A DNA stretch of 64,000 nucleotides from Laetmonice hystrix (taxonomy: Eukaryota): positions 3,350,001-3,414,000 of the forward strand of contig OZ249436.1 in assembly GCA_965235115.1 (NCBI GenBank), written 5' to 3'. The notes under the pieces are model-generated. The model searched no databases and had not been told where the DNA came from. It was given only the letters and a program-made list of their open reading frames with translations. Shown piece by piece: positions 9,801 to 23,599 of this stretch. Position 1 is the first letter of the stretch. Each line of letters opens with the position of its first letter. The position numbers were made by a program, and so were the translations under genes.

Positions 9801-12800
9801 ATTGAAACTACGCCCCCCAAAGTTATGATTCTTAGGCCAGATGTATAACTGTCAAACGTATAGGTCTCGTACGTTCGCTACAGATATATGGTTGTGATGT
9901 GTATACTTCCCATTTGAGTATCTTCTTCAGATTTTAACATTAGATGCTCCTCGCCAGTACCTTTGATTTCCACTACCTCACTGTAGTGTTTGCATGGCTA
10001 CTAGGCCAGTCGGTAAGATGTAGGGACTTCTCACTCTACTGGTTGGCCTCCCACACTGCTTGGGCTCACAGTGTACTGTTTGGCCTGACTTTACTCTTTG
10101 GCCTCACTGTAGTGTTCGCTGGGGTGCTAGGCCAGCCAGTACCTTGTAGCAATTCCTCACTGTACCGTTGGCCTCCCTGTACCGTTTGCTTGTATACAAC
10201 AGTAGCCAGTAATATAGGGACGCCTCATGTTTCATGTTTCCATGCCTTTATTGTCCAGGAGGCAGGCCATACGTTTCGTCTATTATCTACTCCCATCTAA
10301 TCTATGTCCCCTAGGACCATCTGTAAGCGTGCGAACACGTTGTCAGGTCGTCCCAATGACTGTTTGCCGTAAAGGTTTAGTTAACAATGGCAAATGACGT
10401 TGTACGCCTTTTCTATATCAGATGTCCCATCCCCAAGTAAGAAACAAAGAAAGAAAGAGTACAGAGATTTGCAGGCAAGAAACACCAGGGTGCAGCGCAG
10501 CTCTACTGAAGCGGCGGCAGAGGCGGTGACTGCACTGCCATCTTCCGGCTACCGGTGGAATCACCAAGTATACCTGGCCGGGCTGGCGGGCACCTGTGGC
10601 TCTTAGGTTAAAGCAATGAGAAGCGGAAAATGGCTACATTTCTGATACGTCAAATTGAAACTACGCCCCCCAAAGTTATGATTCTTAGGCCAGATGTATA
10701 ACTGTCAAACGTATAGGTCTCGTACGTTCGCTACAGATATATGGTTGTGATGTGTATACTTACCATTTGAGTATCTTCTCCAGATTTTACCATTAGATGC
10801 TCCTCGCCAGTACCTTTGATTTCCACTACCTCACTATAGTGTTTGCATGGCTACTAGGCCAGTCGGTAAGATGTAGGGACTTCTCACTCTACTGGTTGGC
10901 CTCCCACACTGCTTGGCCTCACAGTGTACTGTTTGGCCTGACTTTACTCTTTGGCCTCACTGTAGTGTTCGCTGGGCTGCTAGGCCAGCCAGTACCTTGT
11001 AGCGATTTCTCACTGTACCGTTTGTCCTCCCTGTACCGTTTGCTTGTACACAACAGTAGCCAGTAATATAGGGACGCCTCATGTTTCATGTTTCCATGCC
11101 TTTATTGTCCAGGAGGCAGGCCATACGTTTCATCTATCATCTACTCCCATCTAATCTGTGTCCCCTAGAGACCATCTGTAAGCGTGCGACAACGTTGTCA
11201 GGTCGTCCCAATGACTGTTTGCCGTAGAAGTTTAGTTAACAATGGCAAATGACGTTGTACGCCTTTTCTATATCAGACATCCCATCCCCAAGTAAGAAAC
11301 AAACAAAGAAAGAGTACAGAGATTTGCAGGCAAGAAACACCAGGGTGCAGCGCAGCTCTACTGAAGCGGCGGCAGAGGCGGTGACTGCACTGCCATCTTC
11401 CGGCTACCGGTGGAATCACCACGTATACCTGGCCGGGCTGGCGGGCACCTATGGCTATTAGGTTAAAGCAATGAGAAGCGGAAAATGGCTCCATTTCTGA
11501 TACGTCAAATTGAAACTACGCCCCCCAAAGTTCTTAGGCCAGATGTATAACTGTCAAACGTATAGGTCTCGTACGTTCGCTCCAGATATATGGTTGTGAT
11601 GTGTATACTTCCCATTTGAGGATCTTCTACAGATTTTAACATTAGATGCTCCTCGCCTGTACCTTTCATTTCCACTACCTTACTGTAGTGCTTGCATGGC
11701 TACTAGGCCAGTCGGTAAGATGTAGGGACTTTTCACTCTACTGGTTGGCCTCCCACACTGCTTGGCCTCACAGTGTACTGTTTGGCCTGACTTTACTCTT
11801 TGGCCTCACTGTAGTGTTCGCTGGGGTGCTAGGCCAGCCAGTACCTTGTAGCGATTTCTCACTGTACCGTTTGTCCTCCCTGTACCGTTTGCTTGTACAC
11901 AACAGTAGCCAGTAATATAGGGACGCCTCATGTTTCATGTTTCCATGCCTTTATTGTCCAGGAGGCAGGCCATACGTTTCATCTATCATCTACTCCCATC
12001 TAATCTGTGTCCCCTAGAGACCATCTGTAAGCGTGCGACAACGTTGTCAGGTCGTCCCAATGACTGTTTGCCGTAGAAGTTTAGTTAACAATGGCAAATG
12101 ACGTTGTACGCTTTTTCTATATCAGATATCCCATCCCCAAGTAAGAAACAAACAAAGAAAGAGTACAGAGATTTGCAGGCAAGAAACACCAGGGTGCAGC
12201 GCAGCTCTACTGAAGCGGCGGCAGAGGCGGTGACTGCACTGCCATCTTCCGGCTACCGGTGGAATCACCACGTATACCTGGCCGGGCTGGCGGGCACCTA
12301 TGGCTATTAGGTTAAAGCAATGAGAAGCGGAAAATGGCTACATTTCTGATACGTCAAATTGAAACTACGCCCCCCAAAGTTATGATTCTTAGGCCAGATG
12401 TATAACTGTCAAACGTATAGGTCTCGTACGTTCGCTACAGATATATGGTTGTGATGTGTATACTTCCCATTTGAGTATCTTCTCCAGATTTTAACATTAG
12501 ATGCTCCTCGCCAGTACCTTTGATTTCCACTACCTCACTGTAGTGTTTGCATGGCTACTAGGCCAGTCGGTAAGATGTAGGGACTTCTCACTCTACTGGT
12601 TGGCCTCCCACACTGCTTGGCCTCACAGTGTACTGTTTGGCCTGACTTTACTCTTTGGCCTCACTGTAGTGTTCGCTGGGGTGCTAGGCCAGCCAGTACC
12701 TTGTAGCAATTCCTCACTGTACCGTTGGCCTCCCTGTACCGTTTGCTTGTATACAACAGTAGCCAGTAATATAGGGACGCCTCATGTTTCATGTTTCCAT

Positions 12801-15800
12801 GCCTTTATTGTCCAGGAGGCAGGCCATACGTTTCGTCTATTATCTACTCCCATCTAATCTATGTCCCCTAGGACCATCTGTAAGCGTGCGAACACGTTGT
12901 CAGGTCGTCCCAATGACTGTTTGCCGTAAAGGTTTAGTTAACAATGGCAAATGACGTTGTACGCCTTTTCTATATCAGATATCCCATCCCCAAGTAAGAA
13001 ACAAACAAAGAAAGAGTACAGAGATTTGCAGGCAAGAAACACCAGGGTGCAGCGCAGCTCTACTGAAGCGGCGGCAGAGGCGGTGACTGCACTGCCATCT
13101 TCCGGCTACCGGTGGAATCACCACGTATACCTGGCCGGGCTGGCGGGCACCTGTGGCTCTTAGGTTAAAGCAATGAGAAGCGGAAAATGGCTACATTTCT
13201 GATACGTCAAATTGAAACTACGCCCCCCAAAGTTATGATTCTTAGGCCAGATGTATAACTGTCAAACGTATAGGTCTCGTACGTTCGCTACAGATATATG
13301 GTTGTGATGTGTATACTTACCATTTGAGTATCTTCTCCAGATTTTACCATTAGATGCTCCTCGCCAGTACCTTTGATTTCCACTACCTCACTATAGTGTT
13401 TGCATGGCTACTAGGCCAGTCGGTAAGATGTAGGGACTTCTCACTCTACTGGTTGGCCTCCCACACTGCTTGGCCTCACAGTGTACTGTTTGGCCTGACT
13501 TTACTCTTTGGCCTCACTGTAGTGTTCGCTGGGCTGCTAGGCCAGCCAGTACCTTGTAGCGATTTCTCACTGTACCGTTTGTCCTCCCTGTACCGTTTGC
13601 TTGTACACAACAGTAGCCAGTAATATAGGGACGCCTCATGTTTCATGTTTCCATGCCTTTATTGACCAGGAGGCAGGCCATACGTTTCATCTATCATCTA
13701 CTCCCATCTAATCTGTGTCCCCTAGAGACCATCTGTAAGCGTGCAACAACGTTGTCAGGTCGTCCCAATGACTGTTTGCCGTAGAAGTTTAGTTAACAAT
13801 GGCAAATGACGTTGTACGCCTTTTCTATATCAGATATCCCATCCCCAAGTAAGAAACAAACAAAGAAAGAGTACAGAGATTTGCAGGCAAGAAACACCAG
13901 GGTGCAGCGCAGCTCTACTGAAGCGGCGGCAGAGGCGGTGACTGCACTGCCATCTTCCGGCTACCGGTGGAATCACCACGTATACCTGGCCGGACTGGCG
14001 GGCACTTATGGCTATTAGGTTAAAGCAATGAGAAGCGGAAAATGGCTACATTTCTGATACGTCAAATTGAAACTACGCCCCCCAAAGTTATGATTCTTAG
14101 GCCAGATGTATAACTGTCAAACGTATAGGTCTCGTACGTTCGCTACAGATATATGGTTGTGATGTGTATACTTCCCATTTGAGTATCTTCTCCAGATTTT
14201 AACATTAGATGCTCCTCGCCAGTACCTTTGATTTCCACTACCTCACTGTAGTGTTTGCATGGCTACTAGGCCAGTCGGTAAGATGTAGGGACTTCTCACT
14301 CTACTGGTTGGCCTCCCACACTGCTTGGCCTCACAGTGTACTGTTTGGCCTGACTTTACTCTTTGGCCTCACTGTAGTGTTCGCTGGGGTGCTAGGCCAG
14401 CCAGTACCTTGTAGCAATTCCTCACTGTACCGTTGGCCTCCCTGTACCGTTTGCTTGTATACAACAGTAGCCAGTAATATAGGGACGCCTCATGTTTCAT
14501 GTTTCCATGCCTTTATTGTCCAGGAGGCAGGCCATACGTTTCGTCTATTATCTACTCCCATCTAATCTATGTCCCCTAGGACCATCTGTAAGCGTGCGAA
14601 CACGTTGTCAGGTCGTCCCAATGACTGTTTGCCGTAAAGGTTTAGTTAACAATGGCAAATGACGTTGTACGCCTTTTCTATATCAGATGTCCCATCCCCA
14701 AGTAAGAAACAAAGAAAGAAAGAGTACAGAGATTTGCAGGCAAGAAACACCAGGGTGCAGCGCAGCTCTACTGAAGCGGCGGCAGAGGCGGTGACTGCAC
14801 TGCCATCTTCCGGCTACCGGTGGAATCACCACGTATACCTGGCCGGGCTGGCGGGCACCTGTGGCTCTTAGGTTAAAGCAATGAGAAGCGGAAAATGGCT
14901 ACATTTCTGATACGTCAAATTGAAACTACGCCCCCCAAAGTTATGATTCTTAGGCCAGATGTATAACTGTCAAACGTATAGGTCTCGTACGTTCGCTACA
15001 GATATATGGTTGTGATGTGTATACTTCCCATTTGAGGATCTTCTACAGATTTTAACATTAGATGCTCCTCGCCTGTACCTTTCATTTCCACTACCTTACT
15101 GTAGTGCTTGCATGGCTACTAGGCCAGTCGGTAAGATGCAGGGACTTCTCACTCTACTCGTTGGCCTCCCACACTGCTTGGCCTCACAGTGTACTGTTTG
15201 GCCTGACTTTACTCTTTGGCCTCACTGTAGTGTTCGCTGGGGTGCTAGGCCAGCCAGTAGGCCTACCTTGTAGCAATTCCTCACTGTACCGTTGGCCTCC
15301 CTGTACCGTTTGCTTGTATACAACAGTAGCCAGTAAGATAGGGACGCCTCATGTTTCATGTTTCCATGCCTTTATTGTCCAGGAGGCAGGCCATACGTTT
15401 CGTCTATTATCTACTCCCATCTAATCTATGTCCCCTAGGACCATCTGTAAGCGTGCGAACACGTTGTCAGGTCGTCCCAATGACTGTTTGCCGTAAAGGT
15501 TTAGTTAACAATGGCAAATGACGTTGTACGCCTTTTCTATATCAGACATCCCATCCCCAAGTAAGAAACAAACAAAGAAAGAGTACAGAGATTTGCAGGC
15601 AAGAAACACCAGGGTGCAGCGCAGCTCTACTGAAGCGGCGGCAGAGGCGGTGACTGCACTGCCATCTTCCGGCTACCGGTGGAATCACCACGTATACCTG
15701 GCCGGGCTGGCGGGCACCTGTGGCTCTTAGGTTAAAGCAATGAGAAGCAAAAAATGGCTACATTTCTGATACGTCAAATTGAAACTACGCCCCCCAAAGT

Positions 15801-18800
15801 TATGATTCTTAGGCCAGATGTATAACTGTCAAACGTATAGGTCTCGTACGTTCGCTACAGTTATATGGTTGTGATGTGTATACTTCCCATTTGAGTATCT
15901 TCTCCAGATTTTAACATTAGATGCTCCTCGCCAGTACCTTTGATTTCCACTACCTCACTGTAGTGTTTGCATGGCTACTAGGCCAGTCGGTAAGATGTAG
16001 GGACTTCTCACTCTACTGGTTGGCCTCCCACACTGCTTGGCCTCACAGTGTACTGTTTGGCCTGACTTTACTCTTTGGCCTCACTGTAGTGTTCGCTGGG
16101 GTGCTAGGCCAGCCAGTACCTTGTAGCGATTTTTCACTGTACCGTTTGTCCTCCCTGTACCGTTTGCTTGTACACAACAGTAGCCAGTAATATAGGGACG
16201 CCTCATGTTTCATGTTTCCATGCCTTTATTGTCCAGGAGGCAGGCCATACGTTTCATCTATCATCTACTCCCATCTAATCTGTGTCCCCTAGAGACCATC
16301 TGTAAGCGTGCGACAACGTTGTCAGGTCGTCCCAATGACTGTTTGCCGTAGAAGTTTAGTTAACAATGGCAAATGACGTTGTACGCTTTTTCTATATCAG
16401 ATATCCCATCCCCAAGTAAGAAACAAACAAAGAAAGAGTACAGAGATTTGCAGGCAAGAAACACCAGGGTGCAGCGCAGCTCTACTGAAGCGGCGGCAGA
16501 GGCGGTGACTGCACTGCCATCTTCCGGCTACCGGTGGAATCACCACGTATACCTGGCCGGGCTGGCGGGCACCTATGGCTATTAGGTTAAAGCAATGAGA
16601 AGCGGAAAATGGCTACATTTCTGATACGTCAAATTGAAACTACGCCCCCCAAAGTTATGATTCTTAGGCCAGATGTATAACTGTCAAACGTATAGGTCTC
16701 GTACGGTCGCTACAGATATATGGTTGTGATGTGTATACTTCCCATTTGAGTATCTTCTCCAGATTTTAACATTAGATGCTCCTCGCCAGTACCTTTGATT
16801 TCCACTACCTCACTGTAGTGTTTGCATGGCTACTAGGCCAGTCGGTAAGATGTAGGGACTTCTCACTCTACTGGTTGGCCTCCCACACTGCTTGGCCTCA
16901 CAGTGTACTGTTTGGCCTGACTTTACTCTTTGGCCTCACTGTAGTGTTCGCTGGGGTGCTAGGCCAGCCAGTACCTTGTAGCAATTCCTCACTGTACCGT
17001 TGGCCTCCCTGTACCGTTTGCTTGTATACAACAGTAGCCAGTAATATAGGGACGCCTCATGTTTCATGTTTCCATGCCTTTATTGTCCAGGAGGCAGGCC
17101 ATACGTTTCATCTATCATCTACTCCCATCTAATCTGTGTCCCCTAGAGACCATCTGTAAGCGTGCGACAACGTTGTCAGGTCGTCCCAATGACTGTTTGC
17201 CGTAGAAGTTTAGTTAACAATGGCAAATGACGTTGTACGCTTTTTCTATATCAGATATCCCATCCCCAAGTAAGAAACAAACAAAGAAAGAGTACAGAGA
17301 TTTGCAGGCAAGAAACACCAGGGTGCAGCGCAGCTCTACTGAAGCGGCGGCAGAGGCGGTGACTGCACTGCCATCTTCCGGCTACCGGTGGAATCACCAC
17401 GTATACCTGGCCGGACTGGCGGGCACCTATGGCTGTTAGGTTAAAGCAATGAGAAGCGGAAAATGGCTACATTTCTGATACGTCAAATTGAAACTACGCC
17501 CCCCAAAGTTATGATTCTTAGGCCAGATGTATAACTGTCAAACGTATAGGTCTCGTACGTTCGCTACAGATATATGGTTGTGATGTGTATACTTCCCATT
17601 TGAGTATCTTCTCCAGATTTTAACATTAGATGCTCCTCGCCAGTACCTTTGATTTCCACTACCTCACTGTAGTGTTTGCATGGCTACTAGGCCAGTCGGT
17701 AAGATGTAGGGACTTCTCACTCTACTGGTTGGCCTCCCACACTGCTTGGCCTCACAGTGTACTGTTTGGCCTGACTTTACTCTTTGGCCTCACTGTAGTG
17801 TTCGCTGGGGTGCTAGGCCAGCCAGTACCTTGTAGCAATTCCTCACTGTACCGTTGGCCTCCCTGTACCGTTTGCTTGTATACAACAGTAGCCAGTAATA
17901 TAGGGACGCCTCATGTTTCATGTTTCCATGCCTTTATTGTCCAGGAGGCAGGCCATACGTTTCGTCTATTATCTACTCCCATCTAATCTATGTCCCCTAG
18001 GACCATCTGTAAGCGTGCGAACACGTTGTCAGGTCGTCCCAATGACTGTTTGCCGTAAAGGTTTAGTTAACAATGGCAAATGACGTTGTACGCCTTTTCT
18101 ATATCAGATGTCCCATCCCCAAGTAAGAAACAAAGAAAGAAAGAGTACAGAGATTTGCAGGCAAGAAACACCAGGGTGCAGCGCAGCTCTACTGAAGCGG
18201 CGGCAGAGGCGGTGACTGCACTGCCATCTTCCGGCTACCGGTGGAATCACCACGTATACCTGGCCGGGCTGGCGGGCACCTGTGGCTCTTAGGTTAAAGC
18301 AATGAGAAGCGGAAAATGGCTACATTTCTGATACGTCAAATTGAAACTACGCCCCCCAAAGTTATGATTCTTAGGCCAGATGTATAACTGTCAAACGTAT
18401 AGGTCTCGTACGTTCGCTACAGATATATGGTTGTGATGTGTATACTGACCATTTGAGTATCTTCTCCAGATTTTACCATTAGATGCTCCTCGCCAGTACC
18501 TTTGATTTCCACTACCTCACTATAGTGTTTGCATGGCTACTAGGCCAGTCGGTAAGATGTAGGGACTTCTCACTCTACTGGTTGGCCTCCCACACTGCTT
18601 GGCCTCACAGTGTACTGTTTGGCCTGACTTTACTCTTTGGCCTCACTGTAGTGTTCGCTGGGGTGCTAGGCCAGCCAGTACCTTGTAGCGATTTTTCACT
18701 GTACCGTTTGTCCTCCCTGTAACGTTTGCTTGTACACAACAGTAGCCAGTAATATAGGGACGCCTCATGTTTCATGTTTCCATGCCTTTATTGTCCAGGA

Positions 18801-21800
18801 GGCAGGCCATACGTTTCATCTATCATCTACTCCCATCTAATCTGTGTCCCCTAGAGACCATCTGTAAGCGTGCGACAACGTTGTCAGGTCGTCCCAATGA
18901 CTGTTTGCCGTAGAAGTTTAGTTAACAATGGCAAATGACGTTGTACGCTTTTTCTATATCAGATATCCCATCCCCAAGTAAGAAACAAACAAAGAAAGAG
19001 TACAGAGATTTGCAGGCAAGAAACACCAGGGTGCAGCGCAGCTCTACTGAAGCGGCGGCAGAGGCGGTGACTGCACTGCCATCTTCCGGCTACCGGTGGA
19101 ATCACCACGTATACCTGGCCGGGCTGGCGGGCACCTATGGCTATTAGGTTAAAGCAATGAGAAGCGGAAAATGGCTACATTTCTGATACGTCAAATTGAA
19201 ACTACGCCCCCCAAAGTTATGATTCTTAGGCCAGATGTATAACTGTCAAACGTATAGGTCTCGTACGTTCGCTACAGATATATGGTTGTGATGTGTATAC
19301 TTCCCATTTGAGTATCTTCTCCAGATTTTAACATTAGATGCTCCTCGCCAGTACCTTTGATTTCCACTACCTCACTGTAGTGTTTGCATGGCTACTAGGC
19401 CAGTCGGTAAGATGTAGGGACTTCTCACTCTACTGGTTGGCCTCCCACACTGCTTGGCCTCACAGTGTACTGTTTGGCCTGACTTTACTCTTTGGCCTCA
19501 CTGTAGTGTTCGCTGGGGTGCTAGGCCAGCCAGTACCTTGTAGCAATTCCTCACTGTACCGTTGGCCTCCCTGTACCGTTTGCTTGTATACAACAGTAGC
19601 CAGTAATATAGGGACGCCTCATGTTTCATGTTTCCATGCCTTTATTGTCCAGGAGGCAGGCCATACGTTTCATCTATCATCTACTCCCATCTAATCTGTG
19701 TCCCCTAGAGACCATCTGTAAGCGTGCGACAACGTTGTCAGGTCGTCCCAATGACTGTTTGCCGTAGAAGTTTAGTTAACAATGGCAAATGACGTTGTAC
19801 GCTTTTTCTATATCAGATATCCCATCCCCAAGTAAGAAACAAACAAAGAAAGAGTACAGAGATTTGCAGACAAGAAACACCAGGGTGCAGCGCAGCTCTA
19901 CTGAAGCGGCGGCAGAGGCGGTGACTGCACTGCCATCTTCCGGCTACCGGTGGAATCACCACGTATACCTGGCCGGGCTGGCGGGCACCTATGGCTATTA
20001 GGTTAAAGCAATGAGAAGCGGAAAATGGCTACATTTCTGATACGTCAAATTGAAACTACGCCCCCCAAAGTTATGATTCTTAGGCCAGATGTATAACTGT
20101 CAAACGTATAGGTCTCGTACGTTCGCTACAGATATATGGTTGTGATGTGTATACTTCCCATTTGAGTATCTTCTCCAGATTTTAACATTAGATGCTCCTC
20201 GCCAGTACCTTTGATTTCCACTACCTCACTGTAGTGTTTGCATGGCTACTAGGCCAGTCGGTAAGATGTAGGGACTTCTCACTCTACTGGTTGGCCTCCC
20301 ACACTGCTTGGCCTCACAGTGTACTGTTTGGCCTGACTTTACTCTTTGGCCTCACTGTAGTGTTCGCTGGGGTGCTAGGCCAGCCAGTACCTTGTAGCAA
20401 TTCCTCACTGTACCGTTGGCCTCCCTGTACCGTTTGCTTGTATACAACAGTAGCCAGTAATATAGGGACGCCTCATGTTTCATGTTTCCATGCCTTTATT
20501 GTCCAGGAGGCAGGCCATACGTTTCATCTATCATCTACTCCCATCTAATCTGTGTCCCCTAGAGACCATCTGTAAGCCTGCGACAACGTTGTCAGGTCGT
20601 CCCAATGACTGTTTGCCGTAGAAGTTTAGTTAACAATGGCAAATGACGTTGTACGCTTTTTCTATATCAGATATCCCATCCCCAAGTAAGAAACAAACAA
20701 AGAAAGAGTACAGAGATTTGCAGGCAAGAAACACCAGGGTGCAGCGCAGCTCTACTGAAGCGGCGGCAGAGGCGGTGACTGCACTGCCATCTTCCGGCTA
20801 CCGGTGGAATCACCACGTATACCTGGCCGGACTGGCGGGCACCTATGGCTATTAGGTTAAAGCAATGAGAAGCGGAAAATGGCTACATTTCTGATACGTC
20901 AAATTGAAACTACGCCCCCCAAAGTTATGATTCTTAGGCCAGATGTATAACTGTCAAACGTATAGGTCTCGTACGTTCGCTACAGATATATGGTTGTGAT
21001 GTGTATACTTCCCATTTGAGTATCTTCTCCAGATTTTAACATTAGATGCTCCTCGCCAGTACCTTTGATTTCCACTACCTCACTGTAGTGTTTGCATGGC
21101 TACTAGGCCAGTCGGTAAGATGTAGGGACTTCTCACTCTACTGGTTGGCCTCCCACACTGCTTGGCCTCACAGTGTACTGTTTGGCCTGACTTTACTCTT
21201 TGGCCTCACTGTAGTGTTCGCTGGGGTGCTAGGCCAGCCAGTACCTTGTAGCAATTCCTCACTGTACCGTTGGCCTCCCTGTACCGTTTGCTTGTATACA
21301 ACAGTAGCCAGTAATATAGGGACGCCTCATGTTTCATGTTTCCATGCCTATATTGTCCAGGAGGCAGGCCATACGTTTCGTCTATTATCTACTCCCATCT
21401 AATCTATGTCCCCTAGGACCATCTGTAAGCGTGCGAACACGTTGTCAGGTCGTCCCAATGACTGTTTGCCGTAAAGGTTTAGTTAACAATGGCAAATGAC
21501 GTTGTACGCCTTTTCTATATCAGATGTCCCATCCCCAAGTAAGAAACAAAGAAAGAAAGAGTACAGAGATTTGCAGGCAAGAAACACCAGGGTGCAGCGC
21601 AGCTCTACTGAAGCGGCGGCAGAGGCGGTGACTGCACTGCCATCTTCCGGCTACCGGTGGAATCACCACGTATACCTGGCCGGGCTGGCGGGCACCTGTG
21701 GCTCTTAGGTTAAAGCAATAAGAAGCGGAAAATGGCTACATTTCTGATACGTCAAATTGAAACTACGCCCCCCAAAGTTATGATTCTTAGGCCAGATGTA

Positions 21801-23599
21801 TAACTGTCAAACGTATAGGTCTCGTACGTTCGCTACAGATATATGGTTGTGATGTGTATACTTACCATTTGAGTATCTTCTCCAGATTTTACCATTAGAT
21901 GCTCCTCGCCAGTACCTTTGATTTCCACTACCTCACTATAGTGTTTGCATGGCTACTAGGCCAGTCGGTAAGATGTAGGGACTTCTCACTCTACTGGTTG
22001 GCCTCCCACACTGCTTGGCCTCACAGTGTACTGTTTGGCCTGACTTTACTCTTTGGCCTCACTGTAGTGTTCGCTGGGGTGCTAGGCCAGCCAGTACCTT
22101 GTAGCGATTTTTCACTGTACCGTTTGTCCTCCCTGTACCGTTTGCTTGTACACAACAGTAGCCAGTAATATAGGGACGCCTCATGTTTCATGTTTCCATG
22201 CCTTTATTGTCCAGGAGGCAGGCCATACGTTTCATCTATCATCTACTCCCATCTAATCTGTGTCCCCTAGAGACCATCTGTAAGCGTGCGACAACGTTGT
22301 CAGGTCGTCCCAATGACTGTTTGCCGTAGAAGTTTAGTTAACAATGGCAAATGACGTTGTACGCTTTTTCTACATCAGATATCCCATCCCCAAGTAAGAA
22401 ACAAACAAAGAAAGAGTACAGAGATTTGCAGGCAAGAAACACCAGGGTGCAGCGCAGCTCTACTGAAGCGGCGGCAGAGGCGGTGACTGCACTGCCATCT
22501 TCCGGCTACCGGTGGAATCACCACGTATACCTGGCCGGGCTGGCGGGCACCTATGGCTATTAGGTTAAAGCAATGAGAAGCGGAAAATGGCTACATTTCT
22601 GATACGTCAAATTGAAACTACGCCCCCCAAAGTTATGATTCTTAGGCCAGATGTATAACTGTCAAGGTCTCGTACGTTCGCTACAGATATATGGTTGTGA
22701 TGTGTATACTTCCCATTTGAGTATCTTCTCCAGATTTTAACATTAGATGCTCCTCGCCAGTACCTTTGATTTCCACTACCTCACTGTAGTGTTTGCATGG
22801 CTACTAGGCCAGTCGGTAAGATGTAGGGACTTCTCACTCTACTGGTTGGCCTCCCACACTGCTTGGCCTCACAGTGTACTGTTTGGCCTGACTTTACTCT
22901 TTGGCCTCACTGTAGTGTTCGCTGGGGTGCTAGGCCAGCCAGTACCTTGTAGCAATTCCTCACTGTACCGTTGGCCTCCCTGTACCGTTTGCTTGTATAC
23001 AACAGTAGCCAGTAATATAGGGACGCCTCATGTTTCATGTTTCCATGCCTTTATTGTCCAGGAGGCAGGCCATACGTTTCATCTATCATCTACTCCCATC
23101 TAATCTGTGTCCCCTAGAGACCATCTGTAAGCCTGCGACAACGTTGTCAGGTCGTCCCAATGACTGTTTGCCGTAGAAGTTTAGTTAACAATGGCAAATG
23201 ACGTTGTACGCTTTTTCTATATCAGATATCCCATCCCCAAGTAAGAAACAAACAAAGAAAGAGTACAGAGATTTGCAGGCAAGAAACACCAGGGTGCAGC
23301 GCAGCTCTACTGAAGCGGCGGCAGAGGCGGTGACTGCACTGCCATCTTCCGGCTACCGGTGGAATCACCACGTATACCTGGCCGGACTGGCGGGCACCTA
23401 TGGCTATTAGGTTAAAGCAATGAGAAGCGGAAAATGGCTACATTTCTGATACGTCAAATTGAAACTACGCCCCCCAAAGTTATGATTCTTAGGCCAGATG
23501 TATAACTGTCAAACGTATAGGTCTCGTACGTTCGCTACAGATATATGGTTGTGATGTGTATACTTCCCATTTGAGTATCTTCTCCAGATTTTAACATTA

